This document shows positions 12,487 through 23,139 of a stretch of DNA of 32,000 nt, piece after piece. The notes under the pieces were generated by a model, which worked only from the letters and a program-made list of their open reading frames with translations, did not search any database and had not been told where the DNA came from. Each line of letters opens with the position of its first letter. The stretch's first letter is position 1. The translations under genes were made by a program, and so were the position numbers. The stretch is taken from assembly GCF_000008565.1 (NCBI RefSeq), contig NC_001264.1:288347-320346 (forward strand), given 5' to 3'. Origin of the DNA: Deinococcus radiodurans R1 = ATCC 13939 = DSM 20539 (GTDB lineage Bacteria; Deinococcota; Deinococci; Deinococcales; Deinococcaceae).

Positions 12487-12517
12487 GCCCCCGACGCCGC
12501 CGGGCGGGGGCTGTTTT
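12487..12517 (+). terminator. Orphan terminator-like hairpin in the aceB / lipoprotein intergenic region
   Basis: Stem GCCCCCG (12487-12493) / CGGGGGC (12505-12511) with an 11-nt loop, followed by TGTTTTG. No plus-strand gene lies upstream of it. Confidence 0.4.
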
Positions 12518-12677
12518 GCACCGACTCCAAAATTTAGAGTGTCTCCTCAGAAAGTGGACGCACAATGGGTCAAGACTCCTCCTCTTTTGCTTCTGCGCTC
12601 CGGCCGCCGCTCGCGGCTCTTGCCTTTCTTTGCCGCCTGTCACCTTTCCCCTTGCCCAGTTCTCCCGAGGTTCCGCT

Positions 12678-12863
12678 ATGACCCCCTCTACTCTGTCCAA
12701 ACGTCTGTTGCCCGCTCTGGCCCTTGCTCTGTTGGTGGTGTTGCCCGGCTGTTCCCAGTCTGCGCCGCAGGCCCCCGACAAGGCGATTTTCATCCCGCAG
12801 GAAGCACAGACGACGGCCCCCACACTGACGCCTCTCACGACGCCGCAGGACACCGAGCCGTGA
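12678..12863 (+). CDS. Small putative lipoprotein (61 aa)
   Basis: Internal ATG of ORF 12477..12863 with GAGG 7 nt upstream. Product: MTPSTLSKRLLPALALALLVVLPGCSQSAP... It has a positively charged n-region, a hydrophobic core and a lipobox-like LPGC, then a Pro/Thr/Gln-rich tail. No family recognised. Confidence 0.5.
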   Translation: MTPSTLSKRLLPALALALLVVLPGCSQSAPQAPDKAIFIPQEAQTTAPTLTPLTTPQDTEP

Positions 12864-13009
12864 CGGCGCGCCGCCTGACCTAAGCGTTAGGGTTTTTGTC
12901 CCGCTTTTGCCAGATGGGCGGCCTTTATCCCAACATCATTTGCTCCTTCCCCTGCCCTGACCCGGCGGGGATTTTTCTTTCCCCAGAGAAAAATGAGAAA
13001 AACTCATCA

Positions 13010-13052
13010 AACTTACCTTCCGGTCGGTAACATATTGACCGAGCGGTAAGTT
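13010..13052. promoter_or_regulatory. 43-bp imperfect palindrome (candidate operator or 5'-UTR hairpin) upstream of the ABC exporter
   Basis: AACTTACC (13010-17) ttc CGGTC (13021-25) ggtaacatatt GACCG (13037-41) agc GGTAAGTT (13045-52). Outer and inner arms share one dyad axis at 13031. It ends 50 nt before the ATG at 13103. Confidence 0.4.
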
Positions 13053-13102
13053 CGTCTTACCCGGATCACTTTTCTTCCCCTCTCTCGTTCAAGGAGTCGT
13101 TT

Positions 13103-14164
13103 ATGTACCTTGCTCTGCGCGAACTGCAACATCAGAAATTGCGTTCCCTGCTGATCGGCGGCATCGTCGCCCTCATCGCTTTTATGGTCTTTATGCTTAC
13201 TGGCCTGACGCGCGGCCTCTCGCGGGACAGCGCCTCGCTGCTGCTCGACACGCCCGCGCAGTCTTTCGTGACCACCAAGGAAGCCGACGGCGTGCTCAAC
13301 CGGTCTTTCCTGAGCCCGGAACAGGTCAGCGCCCTGCAACAAGACAACGAAGACGCGGCGGCCTTCGCCCAGACCTTCGTGAGCTTCAGCCACGGCGATA
13401 AACAGCTCAGCGGCGTGCTGCTCGGCGTGGACCCGCGCGGCTTTCTGGCGCCGGACGTAAGCGAAGGCCAGACCCTACGCGTGGCAGGCGGCGCGGTGGT
13501 GGACGAATCGCTGCGCGAAGACGGCGTGAAGGTCGGCGACGTACTGACCCTCAAGCCCAGCGGCGACCAACTGCGCGTGAGCGGCTTTACCCGCAGTGCC
13601 CGCCTAAACCACCAGCCCGGCATGTACGTGTCGCTGGCGCGCTGGCAAAAGCTCAACCCCCGTATGCACGGCACCGTGAACGCCGTGGCTCTGCCCGCCG
13701 CACCGGCTCAGGTCAACCTCGGCGGCGCCGACTTGAGCGTGACCAACCGCGCCCAGACGCTGCAAGTGCTTCCCGGCTACAAGGAAGAGCAGGGCAGCCT
13801 GACCATGATTCAGGTGTTCCTGATCGCCGTGGCGGCGTTCGTGCTGGCGACCTTCTTCTACGTGATGACGCTGCAAAAGACCGCGCAGTTCGGTCTGCTC
13901 AAGGCCATCGGCGCGAGCAACCGCACCCTCGCCGGCAGCGTGGTCGCCCAGATGCTGATTCTGACGCTGCTCGCCGTGGCCATCGCCGCCGCCGTCACCC
14001 TGGGCATGGTGCAACTGCTGCCCGCCGGGATGCCCTTCCACCTCACCGCCGCCAACATTGCCTCCGCCTCCGGCCTGCTGCTGGTCGTCGCCGCCCTGGC
14101 GAGCCTGCTGAGCGTGCGCCGCGTCGCCAAGGTAGACCCGCTGATTGCCCTCGGCGCAGCTTGA
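13103..14164 (+). CDS. MacB/FtsX-type 4-TM ABC permease, HrtB-like (heme-efflux-type)
   Basis: 353-aa ORF. SD AAGGAG upstream. TM1, then a large extracytoplasmic domain, then 3 TMs. Motifs MYLALRELQHQKLRS, FFYVMTLQKTAQFGLLKAIGASNR, MPFHLTAANI and KVDPLIALGAA resemble HrtB as I remember it. Confidence 0.85.
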   Translation: MYLALRELQHQKLRSLLIGGIVALIAFMVFMLTGLTRGLSRDSASLLLDTPAQSFVTTKEADGVLNRSFLSPEQVSALQQDNEDAAAFAQTFVSFSHGDKQLSGVLLGVDPRGFLAPDVSEGQTLRVAGGAVVDESLREDGVKVGDVLTLKPSGDQLRVSGFTRSARLNHQPGMYVSLARWQKLNPRMHGTVNAVALPAAPAQVNLGGADLSVTNRAQTLQVLPGYKEEQGSLTMIQVFLIAVAAFVLATFFYVMTLQKTAQFGLLKAIGASNRTLAGSVVAQMLILTLLAVAIAAAVTLGMVQLLPAGMPFHLTAANIASASGLLLVVAALASLLSVRRVAKVDPLIALGAA

Positions 14165-14233
14165 GCCCCTCCCCCTGAGGCTCTGCCCCGCCTGCGCCCC
14201 CTGCCCTAGCCCCCTCTCCTACAGGAGTTCCCC

Positions 14234-14976
14234 ATGACTGCCATCCAGATGCCGGCCCCCCGTCCCGTTCCCCTGACCCCCGCTGCCGTGGCCGCGCCGC
14301 TCGCGGAGCCCACCCTGGCGGTGCGTCACGTGTCCAAGGTCTACCGCGACGGCGACACCGAGATCACGGCGCTGCACTCCACCACCTTCGAGGTGCGCCC
14401 CGGCGAACTGGTGGCGGTCAACGGCCCGAGCGGCAGCGGCAAGAGCACCCTGCTCTCCATTGCGGGGGCGCTGCTGCGGCCCACCACCGGGCAGGTCTTG
14501 ATTGCCGGGCAGGACGTGACGCGGCTGAGCGAGCGCGAACTGCCTGCTTTCCGGCTCCAGCACATCGGCTTTGTACTCCAGAGCAGCAACCTGATTCCGT
14601 ACCTCACGGTGCGCGAGCAGCTCACGCTGGTGCCCCGGCTCGCCCACGCCGACATGCGGCAGGCCGCCGCGCAGGCCGACGACCTGTGCGCGTTCTGGGC
14701 CTCGAAGCCCGTGCTGGGCACTATCCCGATGCCCTGAGCGGGGGCCAGAAGCAACGCGTCGCCATCGCCCGCGCCCTGATGAACAACCCCGGCCTGATTC
14801 TGGCCGACGAACCCACCGCCAGCCTCGACGGCGCCCGGGGCCGCGAAGTGGTGCAGATGCTCGCCGATGAGGTGCGGACCCATCAGAAGGCCGGCGTGAT
14901 GGTCACCCACGACGAGCGCGTGCTCGACCTGTGTGACCGGGTGGTGACTATGGTGGACGGGCAACTGCGCGGCTGA
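14234..14976 (+). pseudogene. ABC transporter ATP-binding protein (HrtA/MacB/LolD-like) interrupted by one frameshift near 14686
   Basis: ORF 14234..14737 carries Walker A GPSGSGKST. ORF 14686..14976 (frame +2) carries [15 protein letters not shown], Walker B ILADEPT and VTHD. Adding one base after GACGACCTG gives ..[28 protein letters not shown].., a normal linker. Confidence 0.85.
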
Positions 14977-14999
14977 CCCATAGAGCGAGTTCGCCTGTG

Positions 15000-15027
15000 A
15001 GGCACGTCCTGAGTGGCGTGCCTTTTT
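15000..15027 (+). terminator. Rho-independent terminator after the ABC exporter genes
   Basis: Stem AGGCACG (15000-06) / CGTGCCT (15017-23) with a 10-nt loop; the run of T's is 15023-15027. Confidence 0.7.
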
Positions 15028-15094
15028 CGTTTGCTGGCATGAGCGGGAGAAAAGGACCGGCTGAGAACAGAGTGTCGGCCCCTTTACGAATGCC

Positions 15095-15108
15095 CTGGCA
15101 TATGCCAG
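15095..15108. promoter_or_regulatory. Perfect 14-bp palindrome CTGGCATATGCCAG upstream of the large lipoprotein gene
   Basis: Read directly. It ends 42 nt before the ATG at 15151. SD AGGAG is at 15141-15145. Confidence 0.35.
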
Positions 15109-15150
15109 ATTGGGCTCCTTACACGTTCACTCAAAATTCAAGGAGACCAC

Positions 15151-16997
15151 ATGAAATTCAACCGTCCTCTTTCTCTGGCTCTGCTCTCAGGTGCGCTGCT
15201 GCTGGCGTCCTGCGGCAACACTCCGGCGGGTGGAACCACCCCCGGTGGTACGAACACGGGTGACACCACCAACACCGGCGGCATCAAAGTCAACCCGATC
15301 ACCGGCACGGGCAATGCGACCCTCTCGGCTGATGTGGTGCGCTCCAACCGTGGCGCGGCGGTCGAAGGCAGCACCGTGTACCTGTACCGCACTGGGGACC
15401 GCAGCGCGCTGTCGGCAAGGCCAGCACCAACGCCCAGGGCTACGTCGAGTTCGCCAAGATTCCGGCGGGCAGCTACGACCTGGTGTTCATGAAGAGCAAG
15501 GCCGCCGGCTCCGAATTCGACGGCGCGGTGGCGAAGGACAACGTCAACACACGGCTGAAGATCGCGCAGTTCATGTCCGCCGATCCCAACGCTACGGCGG
15601 ACGTGCCGCAGCTCAAGCTCGAAACGCCCACGGCTTTCAAGGCGAACGGCGAAGTGGATACCTGGGGTCCGCTGGGCAGTGGAACCGCGTTCAACGACGT
15701 GGTGAACGTGCGCGCCTACAGCGTGAAGAACAGCGACCAGCCGCGCGTGATGCGCTACTTCCTGTTCTCGCTGGTCAACATCGACAAGGACGGCACCTGG
15801 TCCGACGTGCGCCCGGCGGCGGGCCTGTACGAGCAGGACCCCGGTTACGTGACCCCCGGCGTGGACCCCAACAACAAGGGCCAGGGTCAGGACAGCGGGC
15901 TGGTCAGCCTCGACGCCACCGGCCTCGAAGGCGACGTGTACCTGCAAGTGGTGGGTCTAGATTTCAACTACAACCGCGTGGCTTACCTCGTGCCCCTCAA
16001 GCTCAACCGCACCAAGGCGGCTTCGGAAGTCGTGGCGCCGACCAACGTGCGTGCCATCGCCTACACGCTCAGCACCCGCATCGACTACCTCTACAAGACT
16101 CAGGACCCGGTGCTCGACGCGCCGACCAGCGGCACCAACCTGTGGGTGACGACCTCCTGGGATGCCCCCGTCACCCTGAGCGGTTACCGCGGCTTCCGCG
16201 TGCTGCGCTCGACCAAGGCTGAGGGCCCCTACAGCCAGGTGGCGTTCGCGGGTGAAGCCCAGTGCGCCAAACCCGCCGACGCCAAGGCCACCACCCGCCG
16301 CTGCACGGTGAGCGACAACACCGCCAGCCTGATCACCGACCAGGACTACTTCTACAAGGTCGTGGCAGCGGGCACCAACGAGGCGACCAGCGACGTGGCC
16401 CCGACCCACACCCTGCCCATCTTCCAGCCCAAGCTGCTCTCGCCGGGCAAGGACGTGCACGACGTCGATCTGACGCCCAACTACACCGTCAAGCTCAATC
16501 TGTTCCAGACCGGCGCGACCGGCGCGGTGATGAACCTGCGGGTGGCCGACTTTATTACTGGCGAAAGCTATGCGTATGCGGCCAAGCGCCTGACGGTTCG
16601 CAAGGAACTGGGCGAAACCCAGATCCTGAGCAACCTGCAAGGCACGAGCAACTACTACGTGTTCCGCGACTCCTACGCCACCGACAACGACCCCAAGACC
16701 AACAACGACACCGTGACCTACGACGCGGCGAGCGACGTCCTGACCGTGCCGCACCAGTTCGAGGTCGATTACCTCGGCGGCAACAAGGTGCCGCTGCAAG
16801 CCAACCGCCGCTACAGCTGGTACATCGACTCCGGCTACGCCTACCGCCTCGCCGACCCCAGCAAGCCCACGACGGCGGCCAACAACTACATCGCGGCCTA
16901 CTCGGTCTACAGCGACCCCTCCGACACCGTGCGTGTGGTGCCTGGCGGCGTCAAGCAGGGCGGAGCCGAGGTCAACGATTTCACCACCCGTCAGTAA
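15151..16997 (+). pseudogene. Large secreted lipoprotein (carboxypeptidase-regulatory-like domain plus Fn3-like domain) split by one frameshift near 15405-15416
   Basis: ORF 15151..15492 starts MKFNRPLSLALLSGALLLASCGN (lipobox LASC). ORF 15483..16997 is in frame +2. A single beta-sandwich domain spans the break: ..AAVEGSTVYLYRTGDRSA / GKASTNAQGYVEFAKIPAGSYDLVFMKS.. Confidence 0.75.
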
Positions 16998-17084
16998 GCT
17001 CAGCGCCCCGGCCCCCACGCCCCGCGGGCCGGGCGCCCCTGCCTTCACTGCACACCTTCCCACTGCATGCCAGGAGCACTGCCG

Positions 17085-19253
<2,169 letters not shown>

Positions 19254-19263
19254 GCGCCTTTTC

Positions 19264-19398
19264 CCTAGAGCAGTTCTCCGAATTGCGCGTGCGTCGGAAC
19301 AGCACCGCCACCCGCTCCATTCTCCGCTCTGCTCCGTGTTTTGTACTCGCTTCGCTCGCCAAAAAGCTGTGCCATCTTTTTGTCAAATGCTTTAAACC
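19264..19398 (+). repeat. Small noncoding repeat, diverged copy C of the element at 3777-3992
   Basis: Left end CCTAGAGCAGTTCTCCGAAT matches TCTAAAGCATTTGACAGAAT of copy A and CCTAGAGCATTTGACAGAA of copy B. Right end TCTTTTTGTCAAATGCTTTAAACC matches GTCTTTTTCTGGCAAATGCGCTAAAGG. It starts 11 nt after the protease stop. Confidence 0.55.
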
Positions 19399-19428
19399 TG
19401 CCCTGGCTGACCGCTGGGGCAGGTTTTT
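19397..19428 (+). terminator. Rho-independent terminator after the protease gene
   Basis: Stem CCTGCCC (19397-403) / GGGCAGG (19417-423) followed by TTTTT (19424-428), and preceded by AAA. Confidence 0.7.
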
Positions 19429-19466
19429 CATGGTGTCGCTTCCCGCCGTATGCTGTCGGCACCTCC

Positions 19467-20243
19467 ATGACCACGACCCTGACCACCGACCTCAACGCCG
19501 ATGCGGGCGAGTCGTTTGGCCACTGGCCCCTCGGCGACGACGCCCGGCTCTTTCCCCTGCTTACCAGCGTGAATCTGGCGCTGGGCTTTCACGCGGGCGA
19601 CCCGGTGACGCTGCACAGCGCGGTGCGGCTGGCACGGCAGCACGGGCTGGGCATCGGGGCGCACCCCGGCTACCCCGACCTCGTGGGCTTCGGGCGCCGG
19701 GAGCTGGCGCTCACACCGCTGGAAATTCAGGCGGCGACGCTTTATCAGATTGGGGCTTTGCAGGCGTTTTTGACAGTGGAGGGCGGCACGCTGCAACACG
19801 TCAAGGCGCACGGAGCGCTCTACATGCGTATTCACGAGGACCGCGCCGCCGGGGAAGCGTTTTGCCACGCCGTGCAGCAACTCGTCCCGCAGGCGTATCT
19901 CATCGTGCTGGCGGGCGCGGCGGGGAGCGACCTCGCGCTGACGGCGGCAGCCCACGGCCTGCGCGTCCGGCGCGAAGCTTTTCCCGAGCGGGCGTACACC
20001 GGGGACGGTCGGCTGGCCTCCCGGCAGCTGCCCGGCAGCAGCATTCATGACCCTGCCGAGGCCGCCCGGCGCGCGGTGGGCATGGCGCAGGGCTGGGTGC
20101 AGACGCTGGGCGGTGAGCGGCTGGCGCTGGAGATGGACACCCTGTGTATCCACGGCGACAACCCACAGGCGGTGGCGATTGCCGGGGCCATTCGCGCGGC
20201 GCTAGCGGAAAACGGCGTGACGCTGGCCCGGCTGCACGACTGA
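19467..20243 (+). CDS. pxpA: 5-oxoprolinase subunit A (LamB/YcsF family)
   Basis: Internal ATG of ORF 19341..20243. Product: MTTTLTTDLNADAGESFGHWPLGDD..GFHAGDP..GAHPGYPDLVGFGRR, typical LamB/YcsF motifs. Confidence 0.9.
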   Translation: MTTTLTTDLNADAGESFGHWPLGDDARLFPLLTSVNLALGFHAGDPVTLHSAVRLARQHGLGIGAHPGYPDLVGFGRRELALTPLEIQAATLYQIGALQAFLTVEGGTLQHVKAHGALYMRIHEDRAAGEAFCHAVQQLVPQAYLIVLAGAAGSDLALTAAAHGLRVRREAFPERAYTGDGRLASRQLPGSSIHDPAEAARRAVGMAQGWVQTLGGERLALEMDTLCIHGDNPQAVAIAGAIRAALAENGVTLARLHD

Positions 20244-20247
20244 CGGG

Positions 20248-20931
20248 ATGACACGGCACGTACAAGCGCTCTATCACCGCCCGGCAACCAAGGAGGCGCA
20301 GCTCGCCCTACCCGCGCTGGCGGAGGCGCTGCTCGCGGCGGGGCTGCCGGGGGTGGTGGACGCCGTGCCCGCTTACCGCTCGCTTTACGTGGAATACGAC
20401 CCGGAGGGGACGAGCGCGGATGAGCTGCGGGCGTGGCTGGCGCAGGTATCGGTGGAGGGAACAGCCCAAGCCCAACGGGAAATAAAACTGCCTGTCGTCT
20501 ACGACGGCGCCGATTTGCCCGAGGTCGCCGCGCACGCGGGCCTGAGCGTGGCCGAGGTGATTGAGCTGCACTCGGAGCCGACTTACCGGGTGCGGGCGCT
20601 CGGCTTCGTTGCGGGCTTTCCCTTCATGGAAACGACGCCGGAGCTGCTGCAAGTGCCGCGCCGGGCCACTCCCCGCGCCGCTGTGCCCCCGCACTCACTG
20701 GCGGTGGCGAACGCGCAGACTGGCATCTATCCGGTGACGGCGCCGGGCGGCTGGAACCTGCTGGGGCGCACGCTGGTGCCTGTGTACGATCCGCACCGCG
20801 CCGAGCCTTTTTTGCTGCGGCCCGGTGATACGGTGCGCTTTGTGCCGCAGGCGGACGGAGAACCCCTCGCGGAGCCGTCGCCCCGGCTGCTGTGGCCCGA
20901 CACGCCCGCCTTTCCCGCTGCGCGTTCATAA
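20248..20931 (+). CDS. pxpB: 5-oxoprolinase subunit B (KipI / allophanate hydrolase subunit 1 family)
   Basis: 227-aa ORF with KipI-like motifs: AVPAYRSLYVEYDP, YRVRALGFVAGFPFM, TGIYPVTAPGGWNLLGRT. Confidence 0.9.
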   Translation: MTRHVQALYHRPATKEAQLALPALAEALLAAGLPGVVDAVPAYRSLYVEYDPEGTSADELRAWLAQVSVEGTAQAQREIKLPVVYDGADLPEVAAHAGLSVAEVIELHSEPTYRVRALGFVAGFPFMETTPELLQVPRRATPRAAVPPHSLAVANAQTGIYPVTAPGGWNLLGRTLVPVYDPHRAEPFLLRPGDTVRFVPQADGEPLAEPSPRLLWPDTPAFPAARS

Positions 20932-21759
20932 GGCGGGAGCCCTCGGGCTGCTGGTGGACCGGGGCCGCACCGGGCAGGGCCGCTTCGGGCTGGTGCGCTC
21001 GGGGCCGCTGGACGCGCAGGCGGCGGACATTGCCCAGGCATTGCTCGGCAATCCGCCCGGCGCGGCGCTGCTCGAACTGCACCTCACTGGGCCAGTGCTC
21101 GACGTGCTAGGGGCCGGAGCCATCGCCTGCACCGGGCTGGGGCTGCGGGCCGCGGTCAACGGCGAAGCGTGCCGCCCTACAGCTCCCGCGCCGTGCAGGC
21201 GGGTGATCGGGTGACCTTCTCCCCCACCGGGCAGGGTCGCGTGAGTTACCTCGCTGTATCGGGCGGCTTTGAAACGCTTCCCTTCCTGGGCAGTGCCAGC
21301 ACCGACCTCAAGGCAGGCCTGGGACGACCCCTACGGGCAGGAGATGTGCTGGGTTACGCGGCGCGACCGCCCGAAACACACTTTGCCCGGCAGTTTCTGC
21401 CTTACCCCGTGACGCAGCACCGGGAGGTCGTGCAGTTGCGGCTGCTCCCGGTGGCGGACGGGGAAACGATGCCCGCCGACGCTCTGGCCGCGCTGTGTGC
21501 GGCTCCCTTTCGCTTGCAGGACCTCGACCGAATGGCAGCGAGGCTCAGCGGTTCCCCGTTTCCTGGCGGCGAAATCAGTTCCGAGGCGTGTCCGGTAGGG
21601 ACAGTGCAGGTGCTGCCCGGTGGCCGCCCGCTCATTTTGCTCAACGACAAAGGGACGCTGGGGGGCTACCGGCGCCCGGCCCGCGTTCACCCGGATGACC
21701 TGCCGCTGCTGGTCCAGGCGATGCCGGGGAGTGCAATAGCGTTCGTAACCGGCGGCTAA
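20918..21759 (+). pseudogene. pxpC: 5-oxoprolinase subunit C (KipA / allophanate hydrolase subunit 2 family) interrupted by one frameshift near 21165-21170; start uncertain
   Basis: The frame of ORF 20825..21214 gives ..HKAGALGLLVDRGRTGQGRFGLVRSGPLDAQAADIAQALLGNPPGAALLELHL..AAVNGEA. ORF 21169..21759 (frame +2) continues PPYSSRAVQAGDRVTF..GRVSYLAVSGGFETLPFLGSASTD. No ATG or GTG lies near the expected N-terminus. Confidence 0.8.
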
Positions 21760-21768
21760 AGGCTAGCG

Positions 21769-22857
21769 TCAGGGCGCGCAGACTTCAGCCGTCAGAGGCC
21801 GTTCCTCCGGCAAAGTTGAGAGCAAAGCGCGGACTTCCTGCAAGGCATCCCACACTGGGATGGGGGCAAAGGTGCGCTGCCAGCGGCCTTCCGCCTCCCG
21901 CACCTCGTGCGCCCGTTCAAGAGCCAAGCCCCAGCGCGGGGCGTGCAGAGCTGCACCCAGGGCCGCCTCGCTCGTCAACCACTGGGCCGTCAACTTCGGA
22001 GCCAGCCGGCGGGCCTGCCAGCTCCGGCGCAGTGCCGCTTCCGCCTGAGCCAGTCGCAACACCTCGGCGCCGCCCGGAACCCGCCAGTGCTGCGGGCCAC
22101 GCGCCCACTCGCCGAGCTGGGTGGACAGGCCCACCGGCACCCGCCCGCAGAGCCGAGCACTCGTGTACACCCGCGCACGGGGCGTGTGACGCAGTGGCAG
22201 GTCGGCCCGCGCCAGCGCCCGCACCAGCGCGAGGTCTTCCAGGCAGGGCACCTGCGGCACGCCGCCCACTGCCCGGTAAGCCGACACGCGCAGCGCGAGA
22301 CTCGCCCCAAAGTGCTGCCAGTGCCGGGGCGCCGGGTCAAATGGGTCTGGCAGCACCCGCGCCCGCAGCCGCGACGCCGCGTCCCGGTAGCCGGTGTCGA
22401 GCAGGTAGGTTCGCCGCACCGGCTCCGGCAGCGCTGCCCGCTCAGTCGCCCGCAAGAGGATGCGCCCGGCGCTCGCCTGCACTGCCCTGTTCGCGCACAG
22501 CGGCTGCACCAGCGCGGCCAGCCAGTCGGGAGCGGCCTGGGTATCGGCGTCGGTGCTGACGATGATGCCGTCCGAACCAGCAAGCGCGGCGGCCCAGTCG
22601 AGCGCGGCGCGGCGGGCCCCCACCACGTTGGCCTCGCGGGGAGGCAGGGCCACTTCCTCCACTTGCAGCCGAAATCCTGGCATCTGCCGGGCAAAAGCGC
22701 GGGCCTGCGCCGCCGTGTCGTCCCGCGAATTGTTCACCAGCAGCAGCGTCTGAAAAGGCGGCGCACCCTCCTGAGCCGCCAGCGCCCGCAACGTCGCCAC
22801 GACGCCTGCGCCCTCGTCACGGGCAGGCACAGCCACGACGATGCGGCGCTCCAGCAT
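21769..22857 (-). CDS. Family 2 glycosyltransferase
   Basis: Internal ATG (22857) of ORF 21769..23076. Product: MLERRIVVAVPARDEGAGVVATLRALAAQ..LLLVNNSRDDT..IIVSTDADT, GT2-like DxD context. The 73-aa upstream extension is not protein-like. Confidence 0.8.
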   Translation of the reverse strand: MLERRIVVAVPARDEGAGVVATLRALAAQEGAPPFQTLLLVNNSRDDTAAQARAFARQMPGFRLQVEEVALPPREANVVGARRAALDWAAALAGSDGIIVSTDADTQAAPDWLAALVQPLCANRAVQASAGRILLRATERAALPEPVRRTYLLDTGYRDAASRLRARVLPDPFDPAPRHWQHFGASLALRVSAYRAVGGVPQVPCLEDLALVRALARADLPLRHTPRARVYTSARLCGRVPVGLSTQLGEWARGPQHWRVPGGAEVLRLAQAEAALRRSWQARRLAPKLTAQWLTSEAALGAALHAPRWGLALERAHEVREAEGRWQRTFAPIPVWDALQEVRALLSTLPEERPLTAEVCAP

Positions 22858-23139
22858 CGGAGAAAAGTAGCACGGACAGCGAGAAAGCCCCGCTGAACCG
22901 AGGCGAAGAAAGCAGGCGACAGCACAAAACCGTCCGGCCACTGACACTGCCGCCTTCCTTTTCTTTGCTTCCCCACGAAAAATGGTGAAACGCAGAACGC
23001 CAGGGCCGTCGGGCGCTGAAGGCGCACGGGCCTGACACGACTTGTCAAAACGCAAGCCTCCAGACCGCCTGTGCAATCGAGCAACACGACAAAGCCAATG
23101 ACATCACCGCCAGGTGCACAGCGCCAGCGTCGAAGCCCC

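Noticed and set aside
12404-12883. ORFs 12404..12853 (-), 12477..12863 (+) full length, and 12485..12883 (+) in the aceB upstream region
   Set aside because: Arg-rich or Pro-rich translations without SD sequences. Only the 3' 61 codons of 12477..12863 (from the ATG at 12678) look like a real gene (signal peptide plus lipobox).
12877-12895. CCTAA-GCG-TTAGG hairpin plus T-run after the small lipoprotein gene
   Set aside because: A 5-bp AT-containing stem with a 3-nt loop is too weak to call a terminator with confidence.
21769-23076. 73-codon N-terminal extension of the glycosyltransferase ORF (22858-23076)
   Set aside because: The extension is not protein-like (..FTIFRGEAKKRKAAVSVAGRFCAVACF..). 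The GT2 fold begins at MLERRIVVAVPARDE (ATG 22857).
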